A stretch of DNA of 64,000 nt, from contig RDEW01000055.1 of NCBI GenBank assembly GCA_011109175.1, positions 219,448 to 283,447 on the forward strand, given 5' to 3'. The stretch is from Dicyema japonicum. Taxonomy: Eukaryota; Animalia; Dicyemida. The notes under the pieces are model-generated. The model was not told the DNA's origin. It saw nothing but the letters and a program-made list of their open reading frames with translations, and ran no database searches. This document shows positions 1 to 12,700 of this stretch, piece after piece (the stretch's first letter is position 1; every line of letters begins with the position of its first letter). The translations under genes and the position numbers were made by a program.

Positions 1-490
1 TTTTGTTATAATAAAATTTTATGCAAAAATAGAGTTAGAAAAAAAGTGTTAAGATTCATACGTTAGGGAACACGTTTATAAATTGAAATTTTGAATAAAA
101 TATTAATGCAAAATTTAGGAGATTTTATTGAAAAGACGAGTTTCTGTTCATTTCACGTGAAACCCAATGTAATAGCACGTATCTTTAGTAAGGAAACAAA
201 TAGAGAATATAAGGTAGTTTCAGAGAGAGGTAATGATCAATTTGTTGTATTTAATATAAGATTTGAGTTTAATACTATGTTAAGGACAAAACTCGACTCT
301 GATTACTGTATTTGATATATTTGAAAAATAGATTCAAGGTAAACACGAATTTAGGGTATTATAAGTTTACATTTTATGAAGAGGATCAGAAAGTTTAGTG
401 AAATATATATTTTTGTTAATTTACCTTTATGACCAATTAAACTGCTGGTTAATTAGTCAGACCGCATATCAAATTCCAAAAGTTGTTATT
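1..490 (+). repeat. Duplicated segment (possible unidentified spliced gene 'X') next to the protease cassette; paralog at ~35810-36340
   Basis: Clear colinear similarity of 1-490 with 35810-36340, e.g. GGTTAATTAGTCAGACCGCA(CA)TATCAAATTCCAAAAGTTG. Translated blocks IARIFSKETNREYKVVSER vs IARACSEETNRDYEVVAER. Product not recognised. Confidence 0.6.
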
Positions 491-779
491 AATCTTTGTT
501 TATATTCTTTTAATGTTGGCTTAATTCCTTTAAATATGAGATCAATTATTTCATAAATCATTTAAATTATTAAAAATTATTTTTAAAAGTGAATTAGGTC
601 GTCCTCTTGTTGGCCAATTGAATACAAAGTACTTTGATGGTCAAAGTATATAATTGCATTAATTCTTTTAAATATGGAGAAACCTTCAGAATTCATTAAA
701 TTCATAAAAATTATTTTTATTGAAGTAAATTAAACACGGATGACTAGTAATCGTAAAATATTCTCAATTTTTTGATTAA

Positions 780-1343
780 TTAACTTTGTTGACTGAATAA
801 ACAATAAAAAAATAAGAGAATGTGTTCCAAAGATTCAAACCCTTTACAGAACAACCAAAGTCGCAAAACATAATCATTAATAAGTCCTCTATCTATGGAT
901 GCAACGGCATGTAGGTGTTGGGGATAATGCATCGCTGTATATTCTATGTTATTTCGTAAGTAATGACAGAAGAGTTTATTATGACTAAATTCACAAAAGT
1001 AGTTGGGGCAGGTGAAAATAGATAGAAATTTCCACAGATATATGTTTAAGCAACTGTGCACTGTTTTTAAGAGTCTGTCACTTAACTTACATCCTGCGAA
1101 TCCTCTTGTATGTCCATAGAGCAAGATGATAATTGAATGAATAGTTAAAAAATATGCAAGCAAAGACACATAAAAAACTATTAAGTGTGAATAGTTTTTT
1201 TTCGATATTCAAAGTGTCAGTTGAATAAACAAGTTTTTTATGAATAATAAATTTAAAAAAAGTCTTAAAAATAAGCCTTATATTAAGCACAAAACTTTAG
1301 AATCAATTAAAAAGTTTAATTTAACCAAATTACTCATAGTCAT
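780..1343 (-). CDS. Unidentified partner gene 'Y' of the protease cassette, copy 1
   Basis: Start ATG ACT ATG AGT AAT TTG GTT is conserved across three copies. The block MHYPQHLHAVASIDRGLIND keeps its reading frame in four copies. Exon structure only partly resolved. Confidence 0.5.
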
Positions 1344-1422
1344 ATTACACGCTTCAAAAATAATTACTAATTAACTTAAGCATATAAGCGAATTTGTAAA
1401 CGATTTTTTTGCAATTTTGAAA
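1344..1422. promoter_or_regulatory. Putative ~79-bp bidirectional promoter of the protease cassette (copies at 39560-39639 and 58068-58145)
   Basis: ATG-to-ATG spacer 79/80/78 bp. TAAGCGAATTTGTAAACGA is identical at 1385-1403 and 58089-58107 (reverse complement); TAAGCAGTTTTGTCAACGA at 39601-39619. Confidence 0.55.
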
Positions 1423-2350
1423 ATGAATTTTCTGTTTTTTTCATTGTTTTGTGCTTTTGTGGTAGTTTCTTTTAAACATTTTAGATAACAGGTTCTTAAC
1501 AAAAAAATTTGATATCGGCATTGTTGTTGACTACAACTTTGTTTCATTTAATATTTTATAATAGCAAAGAACATTCGGCTTTAATCATGCCAATATAGAG
1601 AATTACATAATTAAGATGTTCAGGTTGTCTCAAAAAGTATGCAATTACTCATATTTCAGTATTTTGGCACACTCAAAATAGAATTAATTTAAAAAAATTT
1701 ATTACACAAACGATGTTACCCCAAACGATTTTCAAAGCAGTTGCATACGCATAATAAACTATTTAAATGGGGTTGACGCAGTTTTATATTTCAAGTAATT
1801 ATTAAAACTAATTTTTAGAAATGGTAATTTAAAATCAACTTCTGTGGAGTTATAATGGGGATCGCATTGATAGGAACTGTTTGCACAAATAACGCGGTAG
1901 GAATAGTAATGAAAAAATTCACCGATGAAAAGACTTCAGAGGTTATGTCTCATGAATTATTCCACGTTCTTGGGTTTAATCACGTCGGCTTTACTCAGAG
2001 TAATTGTAATAATAATTGTTTAATGAATCCTAGTATTAATGACAATCAGTATAAATTTAATAATTTTTAGACATGTATCAAAATTAACAATCGACACTGG
2101 GCATAGACTAGAAAACACATGGTGGTGCCTTGAAACAGGTAATGACTTTTTTTAATTTTTGTCGCTGTTTATAATAGTGCTCCCGATAATGAAGGGACAA
2201 CCTCCAATGAGTCGAATGGAGTTAATTTCTGGATTTTCTATTTGTTTTTTATTACCCTCCAACTAATCAATGACCTTTTTCTTTTCATGGTACTATTACT
2301 TATATATAATTTAGGATCTTAATTAGATTATTTCTCTTACTAATTATCTA
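1423..2350 (+). CDS. Minimal reprolysin/ADAM-type (M12B) zinc metalloprotease, copy 1: signal peptide + catalytic domain + hydrophobic tail
   Basis: HELFHVLGFNH zinc motif (HExxHxxGxxH) and Met-turn CLMNP in ORF 1855-2070. N-terminus MNFLFFSLFCAFV, then after a 23-nt intron KFDIGIVVDYNF. Introns 22-24 nt. One frameshift in a T/A run near 1690. 3' end approximate. Confidence 0.8.
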
Positions 2351-2499
2351 ATAATTTTACTACTAATAATTTTTTTTCTAATTTCTTTATAAATTTTGCA
2401 ACTGAATTGGATGTTAATAGCCGCGTGCCAACATGTGGTGCTTCGTAGCTAATTGATTGATTAAATTTAATAAATTAATTTCATTAAGTTATTTAATAA

Positions 2500-4150
2500 T
2501 ACTATGTGCCTAGTTTGCTCTCCGAATGACTTACGGCCAATTACGTGCATGATTATTTTGTACAAATTTGTCACAAAATGTGTTAATGCAAAACTTACGG
2601 ATTATATTGATGGGTTCAATCTTATCTCGGATAATCAGCTTGGAGCAAGAAGGCAGTGCCAAGGTGCAAAAGAGCAGGCTTTAATAAATCAGTCTGTTAA
2701 TGCTGAACATGGAAATAGCTTTTTCACAACATGGATCGATGTGAAGAATGCTTTCGATTCTGTCAATCATGAATTTTTGTGTCGGCTTCTTGATAGCTCT
2801 GGAGTTCCTTAATTGATTGTAAGTTTATCAAGAATCTAATAAGCAAGTGGAATATCATTTTGAACCTTAACAAAAAAAGGATTGGAAAGATCAATCTCAG
2901 GAGAGGAATCTTGCAAGGAGACTCACTCTCTCCTTAGCTGTTTACTCTGGTAATGGACCCACTAAACCGAATATTAAATATAAAATTCTCGAAGATATGT
3001 ATTGATCAGAGTGATCCGTCTATTGTGACATATGCGACTAACCATTTTCTTATTTTAATATCTGGGTGTTGTTGGCCTTAAAAGAAACTGCAAAAAGTCT
3101 GCAACTAATTTGAAATGTGCAAAGATACAAATTATCTGAATGGTTGTGAGTGATATCGCTATCTTGGAGTGTTAGAAAATAAAAAGAGTAAGGTTATGAA
3201 AGACAAAGTTATGGAAAAAATTGATGAAAATGTGAATAAAAGGAGAGATGCTGGCGAATTTGAAATTAAACGCTGTAAACTTGTTTAAATGATAAATGAA
3301 TACGCACTCTCGCTATATAATTATTCCTAGCATTAAATTAGTATGCTGTCTCACTGCTAATGTGTGTCTGCTAGGATGCACGCCATAATAACGACCAAGA
3401 AACAACTCACCTCGATCGGAGGCACTGTACACGTATATGCAAGACCGCAATATTTTTGGGGTCGATCAACAAATACATGTTTCCATTTTAAGTCAAGGAG
3501 CATGTCGGTTGATCATTTTGCCCCTCGATGTGGATCCATGCTCTGCCACGACTATGTGTGGAGGCATAACGAGGTAGTAAGGAGATCTTCTACTATGCAA
3601 TAAGTATGGTATTCGGCACACCAGAAAAGTTGCGGACTCATAAGGTGCAATCTGTAGTAGAGAACACCAGAGTCCAAATTAAGGTAGACAGTGTTATTCG
3701 TATCTCGGTGCTAGTCAAGCACAATAAACCGGACATTGTGGTACACGATAAGGAGTCTGGCCAAGTCCTTATCATAGAGGTTTGCATCACGTTTAAGACC
3801 GTTTGCAGACTGGAAGTGGAGAAAAAAAGGAAGTATGACTTGCTTGCAAACGAGATGGGGCAGATGCTTGGTTGCAAGATCCTCGTTATTCCTATAGTAA
3901 TGACGTAAGATGAAATTGCAACAAAGTACAACAAGGGTTATCTGAAGCAGTTAAGGGTAGATAGAAAGCTCCAGGCCTATTTTCAGTCCACTGTATCAAA
4001 GCGGACCCTAGAGAGCCTGACAATGGAGTATAAGAGACAGAGCCCGGAGATGCCTTATGGGCAGAGGGTTCAATTGGACAAGGCGCTCTCGGAGTTGTTT
4101 CAGCAACCAGAATCGAACCTGTTGAGGAGGCTGGCGAACAGGCAGGCGAG
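2500..4150 (+). mobile_element. 5'-truncated, degenerate non-LTR retrotransposon, R4/Dong-like (RT + restriction-like endonuclease)
   Basis: RT motifs QLGARRQCQGAKEQ, DVKNAFDSVNH, ILQGDSLSP. C-terminal HNKPDIVVHDK..IIEV..KKRKYDLL RLE motif. Multiple stops and frameshifts. Confidence 0.85.
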
Positions 4151-4169
4151 GAAGGCTTTTTTATTCATT

Positions 4170-4960
4170 TTTTTATTTATTTAACCCAAGACCACGGTAA
4201 ACAAAACTAATTATCACGTGAACCCGATGCATTTTAACAAAGACCTCATCTTTGCCCGTCGTTCTTCCTTCGTGCCCGCGCATGAACGTACAGGTCGGCT
4301 GCTTGAATTTTCAGGGCCAATTTCCCGTGATCTGGAGTCAAGTCTCATAAGGGCCTCCAGAGGCGTGGTCCGGGTCGATGATCTTCACAAATCCAACGCT
4401 CCGTTACTATGTAAGCCTTCTTTTGGATTTCCTCAATTTTCCTCATATTTGTCCAAGATATGGACGGACCCCACGAGGCGCATGTATATGAGAAACATGG
4501 CTCGATGTATTGTTTGTATACGTTCATAAAGAATGGGTGAGTATCACTCTTCCATATTCCCGATAAACTTTTCAATACGTTCAGTTTCTTCTCGCATTTC
4601 AATAGAATGTTTTCTACGTGAGGTGTTAAACAGAGATGCATATCAATTGTTACACCCAAGATCCTTTGACATCTGTGGAAAGGGATGCCGACCTTGTTTA
4701 ACTTCAAGGTGACTGTCTTCCTTCCCAATTTTTTGTCCGAGGTAAATAGTGACGTAGACGACTTCTCTGCATTCACCACAAGCCGGTTTTCCATCATCCA
4801 GGCATTAAGCCTGTCCAGGTTAATTTGTATTCTTTCTGTGGCCCTCTGGATGTTTTGATCTCGCGAAGCCAACACAATATCATCCGTATAGGATAGTAGA
4901 ACATCACATATCAGATTCAAGACTCGGGATATCAGCCAGAAAGAGGTTAAACAGGTTGTT
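4170..4960 (-). mobile_element. 5'-truncated Ingi/Vingi-like non-LTR retrotransposon (RT C-terminal part), inserted at the 3' end of the R4/Dong copy
   Basis: LFNLFLADIP..SYTDDIVLAS..ILGVTIDMHL..YKQYIEPCFSY..SWGP. A-rich tail at 4160-4185 on the minus strand. Related to the 26044-29066 family. Confidence 0.8.
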
Positions 4961-5039
4961 GATTATTAAATATTAACTTTTTATTGTTGGTTAAATAAAG
5001 TGGGTTATTATTAAAAAGCACTCCCGGGAAAACTTAAAA

Positions 5040-5420
5040 TAAGTTAAGTTTTCCTTGTGCCGTATTCCGAATCATCCTTTCCGTCAGCTCCCTTGTGCCG
5101 TATTCGAATCAGCCGTTGCGCATTAGTTCTCTAGGTAGTCCACGTGTCCGTTATTTTCATTATAATGACAGATGCTGCTCACACTATTGTAACACAGCGA
5201 GTCAGATTTTGATGGACTGAAAATCGGAAACCATAATGTCGGCAGACGAGTGGGAGGGTAAAAAGGTGGAATCTGCCAAACAGTTCTGTTTATTGTACGG
5301 TCGTTTTTGTCTCTTGTAAACAGCAGACAGAGATGTCATATTTTGTTAGATCGCATGCCAGTTGGTGTTTCTGTAAGGTTGATCAAGTCTTCTGCAATTA
5401 AAAGATCCCAGAGTGAACGG
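5040..5420 (-). mobile_element. Internally deleted (bipartite) RTE-like element: APE N-terminus joined to the RTE 3' terminus
   Basis: Minus-strand LACDLTKYDISVCCLQETK (APE catalytic E motif) at ~5290-5370. Terminal GGCACAAGGAAAACTTAA resembles the 3' end of the RTE copy at 37595-37615 (GGCACAAGGGGAACTTAA). Confidence 0.6.
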
Positions 5421-6115
5421 AGAAGTCGGTAAGGAATACGAATAAGACATAGTGCAATAGAGGCGTCGTCACCACCTCCACCAAAAAGATTTTGTTTAAA
5501 AATTAAAACATAAATTAACCAACCTAGAAGTTGACCGACATAATAAGCACTAACGTGTTCATTAGCATATCATGTCATTGTTATTATTTATGTCCTTGAT
5601 CACAAAAATACAACTCGAACCCTTTATATTATTGCATGGAGACTTTATATTGACAAATGCAACAACTCTTGTATTTACAAGTAATAATAGACCAATGAAT
5701 TATTAAGTGAAATATCTAAATGACTACAGTGGTAAATCTATTAGAATCGTAAAAAAAATTTATTGCTCGACGTTTTTGTTAAAGTTTCAAAGAAATATTA
5801 CATGACAATAAAAATTGGGATAAATTCTAGTAATTTATGTTTACCATCAAAGTAAACCCCAGGATGTAGTCCTCCCAAGAATCAAATTTAAAGGACATTA
5901 TAGATGTGGGCATATTTCTTTAAGGTTTGAAAATTATTATTTTCTCAAAATCTATTCATTGATAAGGTTCGAATCTAATTTATCCCAGTTAATTCCCTTA
6001 ATGATACCATCTACTCATGTTCAATTTTGGTATTTTATTGCCTTTAACCAAGTCAAAGCTGTTTTAAGTGGGTATTTTAAAATCACGTACATTGGTGAAA
6101 ATGTAAATTGTAATA

Positions 6116-7600
6116 AAGTAAACTTTCTCAAATATGCCACTCTTAAATTTGCCAACATTTAAAAAAAATTATTTTTATTTTTTTAAATATTTTTAAAATT
6201 TTAAATAATTTAAAGCAAGTAGGAATGTTCTTGTTGGAGACTACACCAGAATTTCAATTGCTGAAAAAGTGGAAATATTGCGGTATAAAGAAACCAATAA
6301 ATCAGCTTCATGTCAGACGATATGCAACAGATTTTTTTTATCTTTAAAAAGAGAATCTCAAGAAGGACAGTCAATGCAATATTAATGAATGTAGAATCGC
6401 TTTTATTTCACTTCAAGAACAGAAATCCTAAACTAAAACTTGTAAAAAATTAAAATAGCCATAGCTTGATGAAAATCTAGTAGATTAGATAGATTCAATG
6501 GAATCAAAAGGTACACTATTTACTCTAAGATCTAAGGTGCTTTATTGAACGATTTTCTAATATTACATAAGGCAGCATTTTTCGCTAAAGAACTTTCGTC
6601 AACTAATTTAAAAAATTCTTTTGGAGAAATTAAAAAAAACATGGATTTCGAATGCGTAAATTACACGGCGACTGAAAATCATCTGGATATTGATGACTTT
6701 TTAAAAGAATTTGAAGAAGTTTCAAATAGTTACTTGTCTGAAAATATTTATAATTTGGATGAGACAGAAAAATTTTATAAATCGATTCCTTCTCTAAGTA
6801 TTTGCAAATCATTTTCGGCGGAAATAAAAATTTCAAGGATTGAGTTTCAGTCATGCTTTGCGCAATATGTCAGGGACACATAAGTTAAAACCACTATTGA
6901 TCGTGAAACCAAAAATGCCCCGATGTTTCAAGAAATATGATTATAATTCCTTAGTTTCTTGTTACAATTCTAAAGGTGCATGGATGATTTTATCATTCTT
7001 TACGACTTGGATTACGAATTTTGACAATCTATTGAAAATTGAAAAAAAATCAATTTTGTTATTAATGGATAATTGCCCATCCCATTGCCCACCTCTTTAT
7101 CTGGAAAATATCAAATTTATGTTTATTCCAAAGTACAGTACTTATTCAACCTATGCATCTGGGAATCATCAAATCTTTCAAAGTTCATTTTACAAAGCAC
7201 TTACTAACATAAATGTGACGATGAAATCGAATCCAGAACAGATATTTATAATCCTATTGAATTAGAAGAATTTATTTCAATTGACTACAGTGAAAAGGGA
7301 GGCAATTGATGAAGAGGAGAAATTAATTGCTATTGAGGAACAAGAAGAATCCGGTAGTGTAGAAGTACATGAGTCATTAAATAAGGCTGAAATGCTTTTA
7401 AATTAAGAGAGATTGAAAATTATCTTCTAGAAAACATTGAAAATGACGATGATGCAGAATTCATTACTTCAATAAGAAGATATTAAGAAAATATTAAAAT
7501 TTCTTATAAGAGGGAATTGGGAATTGATTATTTTAATAAAATTAAATTAATTTTTGTTTCCTTGTTTAAAAATATTGTTTTCCTTAAAAATAAAATTTAT
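6116..7600 (+). mobile_element. Degenerate pogo/Tigger-family DNA transposon
   Basis: NLDETEKFYK, KLKPLLIVKPKMPRCF, NSKGAWM..FTTW, SILLLMDNCPSH (DDE_1 motifs). Left end AAGTAAACTTTCTCAAATATGCCACTC matches the TIR of the 60516-61238 copy. Right end not resolved. Confidence 0.85.
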
Positions 7601-8039
7601 TAATTTAAATAGTTTAATTATCTTTAAAAAAATAAATTAAAACTTCAAATAAAATTTTATTCTGAAATCTGCCAATTCTCAAATTTGCCAAATCCTTTGG
7701 TAGGACCGCATGGAAATTATGTAGGATTATCAAATAAGAAGGAAGAGTCCAGGATTTATAACGCAGCAGAACTTTATTCGTAGATCTTGTTTGATTGACG
7801 TTTTGTGCGCTAAACGACGAATAAATGTCTTAATTGCCATAGACTTTTATCCATAATTTTGAGTTTTATTGAATTATCTGTGTCCATTATCAATTTCATA
7901 ATCTCCATTTTATCATCTAGGTTGATTCAGATACACGTTCACAGTAACAAGTGTGGATCTCAACAGTTATCGACGGAAATTATTTTAATAGATTAGTGGA
8001 TAGTCAACTACCAAAAATTCCATTTTAAAGTGAAGTGGT

Positions 8040-9590
8040 GATATCGTCTGCATGTTCGACAGCCTCCTCAGGCAAATTCGATTCTGATTGCAGAAATAAC
8101 TCCGAGAGCGCCTTGTTTAATTAAACCGTCTGCTTATATGGCATCTCCGGGTTCTGCCTTCTATACTCCAGTATCAAACTCTTTAGGGTCCGCTTTAATA
8201 CAGTTGATTGTCCTCGAGCTAACTATCTACCCCAACTGTTTAGATAACCCTTGTGGTACTTGTTGCAATTCCTTCACACGTCATTACTATTGAAATAATG
8301 AGGACCTTGCAATCAAGCATCTTTCTTAACTCGCTGGCTTTTTTTCTCCACTTCCACAATCTGTAAACAGTCTTGAGACGTAATGCCAACTTTTATGATA
8401 AAGACTTGGCATGACTTATTTTTCATCAATTCGACGTAGCCAGGAATTAAAAACATCTCTTGTCATCCAAAAATTTCGGATGAGTACATAATCTGAGATT
8501 TCAGACTAACAGTGGATTCAATTTTCTCAATCATAATTGCAGCACAAAAGAACAGTAATTTTTTCATTACTCTGCTTATATTGGACAATTTTTTCATTAA
8601 AGAGTGACACCATTTATATGTCAATCCTACCAACTGTTCAATCCTACCAAAATCTAATGGTGTTTCAAAAACTGAGGTATTCTCCGAATCGAGGAGGGAC
8701 TGTATTTTGTAATTCTATCAACTCCTTCACATTTACTAGCCCACCATCTTCAAACCATACTTAGCAGACAAAAAAGGTCTGATAGTGCCTAGGTGGGTTG
8801 CCCGTGTTTTCTCGGTCGTTATTATGGCGTGCTTCCTAGCAGACACACTTGACCCAGCTATCAGGGTGTCGTGCATTCGCATTAGGATACGCTCACTTAG
8901 TTGGACTATTACACACACTCCACGGCCGAAATTATCACGGGCTAAATATAGTCTTTCCTTTTTGGCAGCCAGCACATGGACATGGTTTTCTCTGACTACT
9001 CCACGGATCACAACATCAATCTCATCATACTCTTTGGGCTCAAACTCCACAACACCAATGTAGTAGTTTAGTGTACTCATTTAATGCTAGGAACATATTC
9101 TTTACATTTAGAGACGCCTTACATAATAACGCTGCTCTTCTACGAATGCCTTCAGTAATTTGTCCCTATGTCTCAGGCATTTTAAGGGACTTTGGAGTTT
9201 CGGTAACACCCAGATACCTACATCCTTCGTGTTCCTCTAGGACTTTTACTAACTCGCTACATACTTGCGTGTTAGTCGCAGACTTTGAATAATTCAAATC
9301 TAGTCCTATAATCTCAAAGAATTCCTGGCGCAGAACCCCATGGAGTAGAGCTCTTAAGCTGTTTGAGCACACATCTTCAGGTCATCGATAAAAAGATGGT
9401 GATTTATACTAAAACACCCTCACAATGAACTGGTATTTGCTAGACCATTCATTGAGGCGGCGATTCAATGGCTCCAAACAGAGAACATAAACCACTGGAG
9501 AGATGAAGGGTCCCCCTCTTAAGTTATAACTCGCCTATTTGGTGCTTATTGTAGTTCAGATGAATACTCCGCCTATTCATCACAGCCACT
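8040..9590 (-). mobile_element. Degenerate R4/Dong-like non-LTR copy interrupted by a pogo transposase fragment (~8410-8730)
   Basis: CRYLGVTE, RLYLARDNFGRG. 8040-8400 is the reverse complement of 3780-4140. Inserted block reads EKITVLLCCN..WMTRDVFNSWLRRIDEK (pogo DDE). Confidence 0.8.
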
Positions 9591-9758
9591 ACAAAGCTGA
9601 TGAACCACACAAGCATACACGAAGGGTACTTATTCGACAATGTAAGAATGAAGGATTTTGTATTTAATAAAGTTAAAATTTATTTTTTAAATAAAATATT
9701 TTTAAATTCAAATTTTATTTCTATAGTAACTAATAAATTTATTTAAACCGATTTTCAA

Positions 9759-12700
9759 ATGCTGCAGATCGAAAATGAAAAATTGGTGACTCACCCGACA
9801 AGAAGCTTTACCCCGAAAAATCCCAAAATACAAAAACCGACTGAGCACAAAAAAGTAAATTCACAAAAAACAAATTTAGCTTTCACCTTCATTATACATG
9901 AAAATCAACATGATGAATACAGAGGAGAGACTGAATGCCACGAAAACCATGTACTACCCCAAGATTATAGAATTGTTGGACATGTCTGAGACTTCATGGC
10001 AACGAGTAAATCAGATTATATATTTTAGTTCTCGTCAGTTCCTATCGGAGTCCCTCTGCTGCAGCCTTTTCCGTCAGAGATATTTTTTCAGCGTTATCAG
10101 CCCAACGAGACATATAAATTTCCGTTGACTCTGAGGAACAACGATAAAGTAATTGAAATCTATATTTAGGTACCCCGACTGATCAAAATAACACAATTTG
10201 ATAGTCCCTACTTTAAGATAATCAGTCCTAATGACGCCAACCACAAGGTTGGTCCCGGACTTCCGATTACTTTCAAAATTCTCTTTACGCCGGAAGAGAA
10301 CAAAGTACGGTAAATCAAAATTCTAGGATTATGTCCACGAACTGATTTGTATTACTGAGCGGGAAAAGTTTGTGATCCCTGTTCGAGGGATTGGAGCCAG
10401 ACCAATCTTGGACTTCCCCGATCAAATAGAATTCAAGGACTCCCTCGTCAACTACGTCACCAAAAAGGAGATTTTTGTCAAAAATATTGGGGACAACGAA
10501 GCTCAGTTCTCCCTTTCAACGAAAAGGTTTATTTAAAAATTATTCCAGTCCTTTTACGGTCTCCCCGACTACTGGAACTGTTCCCTTGGGGGGAAACATC
10601 CAGATCACGATAGCCTTCAATCCCTCAAAGTGCCAAAACTACAACGAAGACCTGATTCTGAATTATGGGACAGGTTCGATGACCAAGTGTTAACATTTAG
10701 GAGAGGAACTGTACATTCACTTGACGGGAAACGCACAAAACGGGGACATTTCTTCAAGGAAACCTCAATCTACATCGACAAAACCTTTATCACTCTGACA
10801 AATGAATATTCTCTCAAGATTGTGAACAATACGAATGTAATCGCCCATTTCTACTGGAGTCCCTACGAATCAGCCCTGCAGGAGGAAATCGTCAAGGCAA
10901 AGTACATTTGAGTTTCAACCAAGTCTCTGTGATACCATTTCTGACAAGGAGTTTGCTGATTATGAGAATCTGAGAGGGGAACTCGAAACAAATCTGATTC
11001 AGGAGGAACTGACTCTCTTCAAAAAGAGGAATTCTAATCGAAGAAAAGTTTGCTTAATATTAATTTCAGTCCATCATTGAGCAGAAACTGCTGTTTGAAG
11101 ACAAAAATTATCAGCTATTTCCCGTAGAAGGGGACGTTTGGCCTTACTCTGAGACGGAAGTCATCCTAACGTTTTACCCCGACGAAGCGATAAAATACAG
11201 AAAAATCATATTCTGTTGCATAGAAGGACTCGAAAACAGAATTCCTATCCAAGTCATGGGTGTTGGAGTTGGTCCCAAGATTTTTCTGTCCTTTGATTCT
11301 TTGGATATCGGCAATGTTTTCATCAACTCCAAACATTCCTTCGAGGTTTGTAGAATATTATAACCTGGGATAGATTGTGTTGGCGAATCGCACAGACATT
11401 CCTGCCAAGTTTTCAATATTACCCCCCGCGAATGAGACTGGGAAGAAATTCGTCCTAACTCCTGATTCAGGGGAGGTCGCGGAGGACAGCTACCAAGCCG
11501 TTCAAATATTATTTTCCGCGGAAAGAATAATGAAATTTTCCGATCGTTTTCAAGTCAAAATTCACGGCGTCCATGAAAGTCTTCACTTTGAAATCACGTG
11601 GAGTTATTTTACAATTTAGTGGTTCTGTGATTGGGCCAACGTTTCGGTTTGACAAAAAATCCCTAAACTTTGGAAACGTGGCTTTCGGGTTCCCTTCGAC
11701 CATGGAGTGTACTCTCATTAACACCGCTCTGATTCCAATGAACTTTCAACTGTTTGTCAAAAATAACGGAATCACCGACCCAATCAAAGCAGAGAGTGAC
11801 GATTCATTCCAACAAATCCATAAATTAGCGGATATTCCCCGTGAAGAACGACAAATTCGCGAATTTTCCGTATTTCCTGATCACGGCCAACTGGCCCCTA
11901 AAGAAAAATGCAAAATAAAGGTTTGACTTCCAAGATGACTTCAGATCGAAATACTCCCAAATCAGCTGTGCTACTATGAAAACTTTATTGTGATGAACGT
12001 CAAGGAGATTGGGGAAAACATATTTGAACTCCCAATTTTCGCAGAGTTTTGATTTCTCTGACATTTAGCTGCTCCGAGCCAAACATCTCCCTGTTGGGGG
12101 AGGAAATTCACTTTGGAAGATGTTTCCTTCGCTACAGTAGTTTTGGAGCCTTTGAAATAATGAACAATTCAAATTTCCCGGCTGCGTATCGACTGAGGGA
12201 TCAAATTATTGACGAAAATACTAAAATATTGTACAAAAGCTCAAATCCACGTGGCACTATCATGCCGAATTCTACAATGGTCGTAACACTGGAGATTTAC
12301 CCTCAAGAAATCGGATATCTGGAAAATGAGATCTTTTTTGATTTTTTGGAATGTCCAGTCCAAACATTGGTATTTTATAGGTAAAGATTGCAGAAAGCGA
12401 GGATTCTGTGCTTCTGTGAGGGGCCGGTTGTCCACGTGAGTCCCCCTTTATAAGTTTTGGGAATATTAGAGTCCTCAAGGAAACATCAAAGTCACTGTTT
12501 CTTTCCAATCAATCCCCAATCCCTGCAATCTTCACAATTGCTTATGTTTACTCAAATCCATAATATTTAGCGGAGGAAAGGCGGTCAGTTCTCAAGTTCC
12601 ATCACATCCGGATAGTTCAGCCTGAGGAAAAGGTAGAAGTCAAAATCATCGCTTTTCTGCGGGACACTCTACTGTAGAGACTGAATATCTGATTTTTAGC

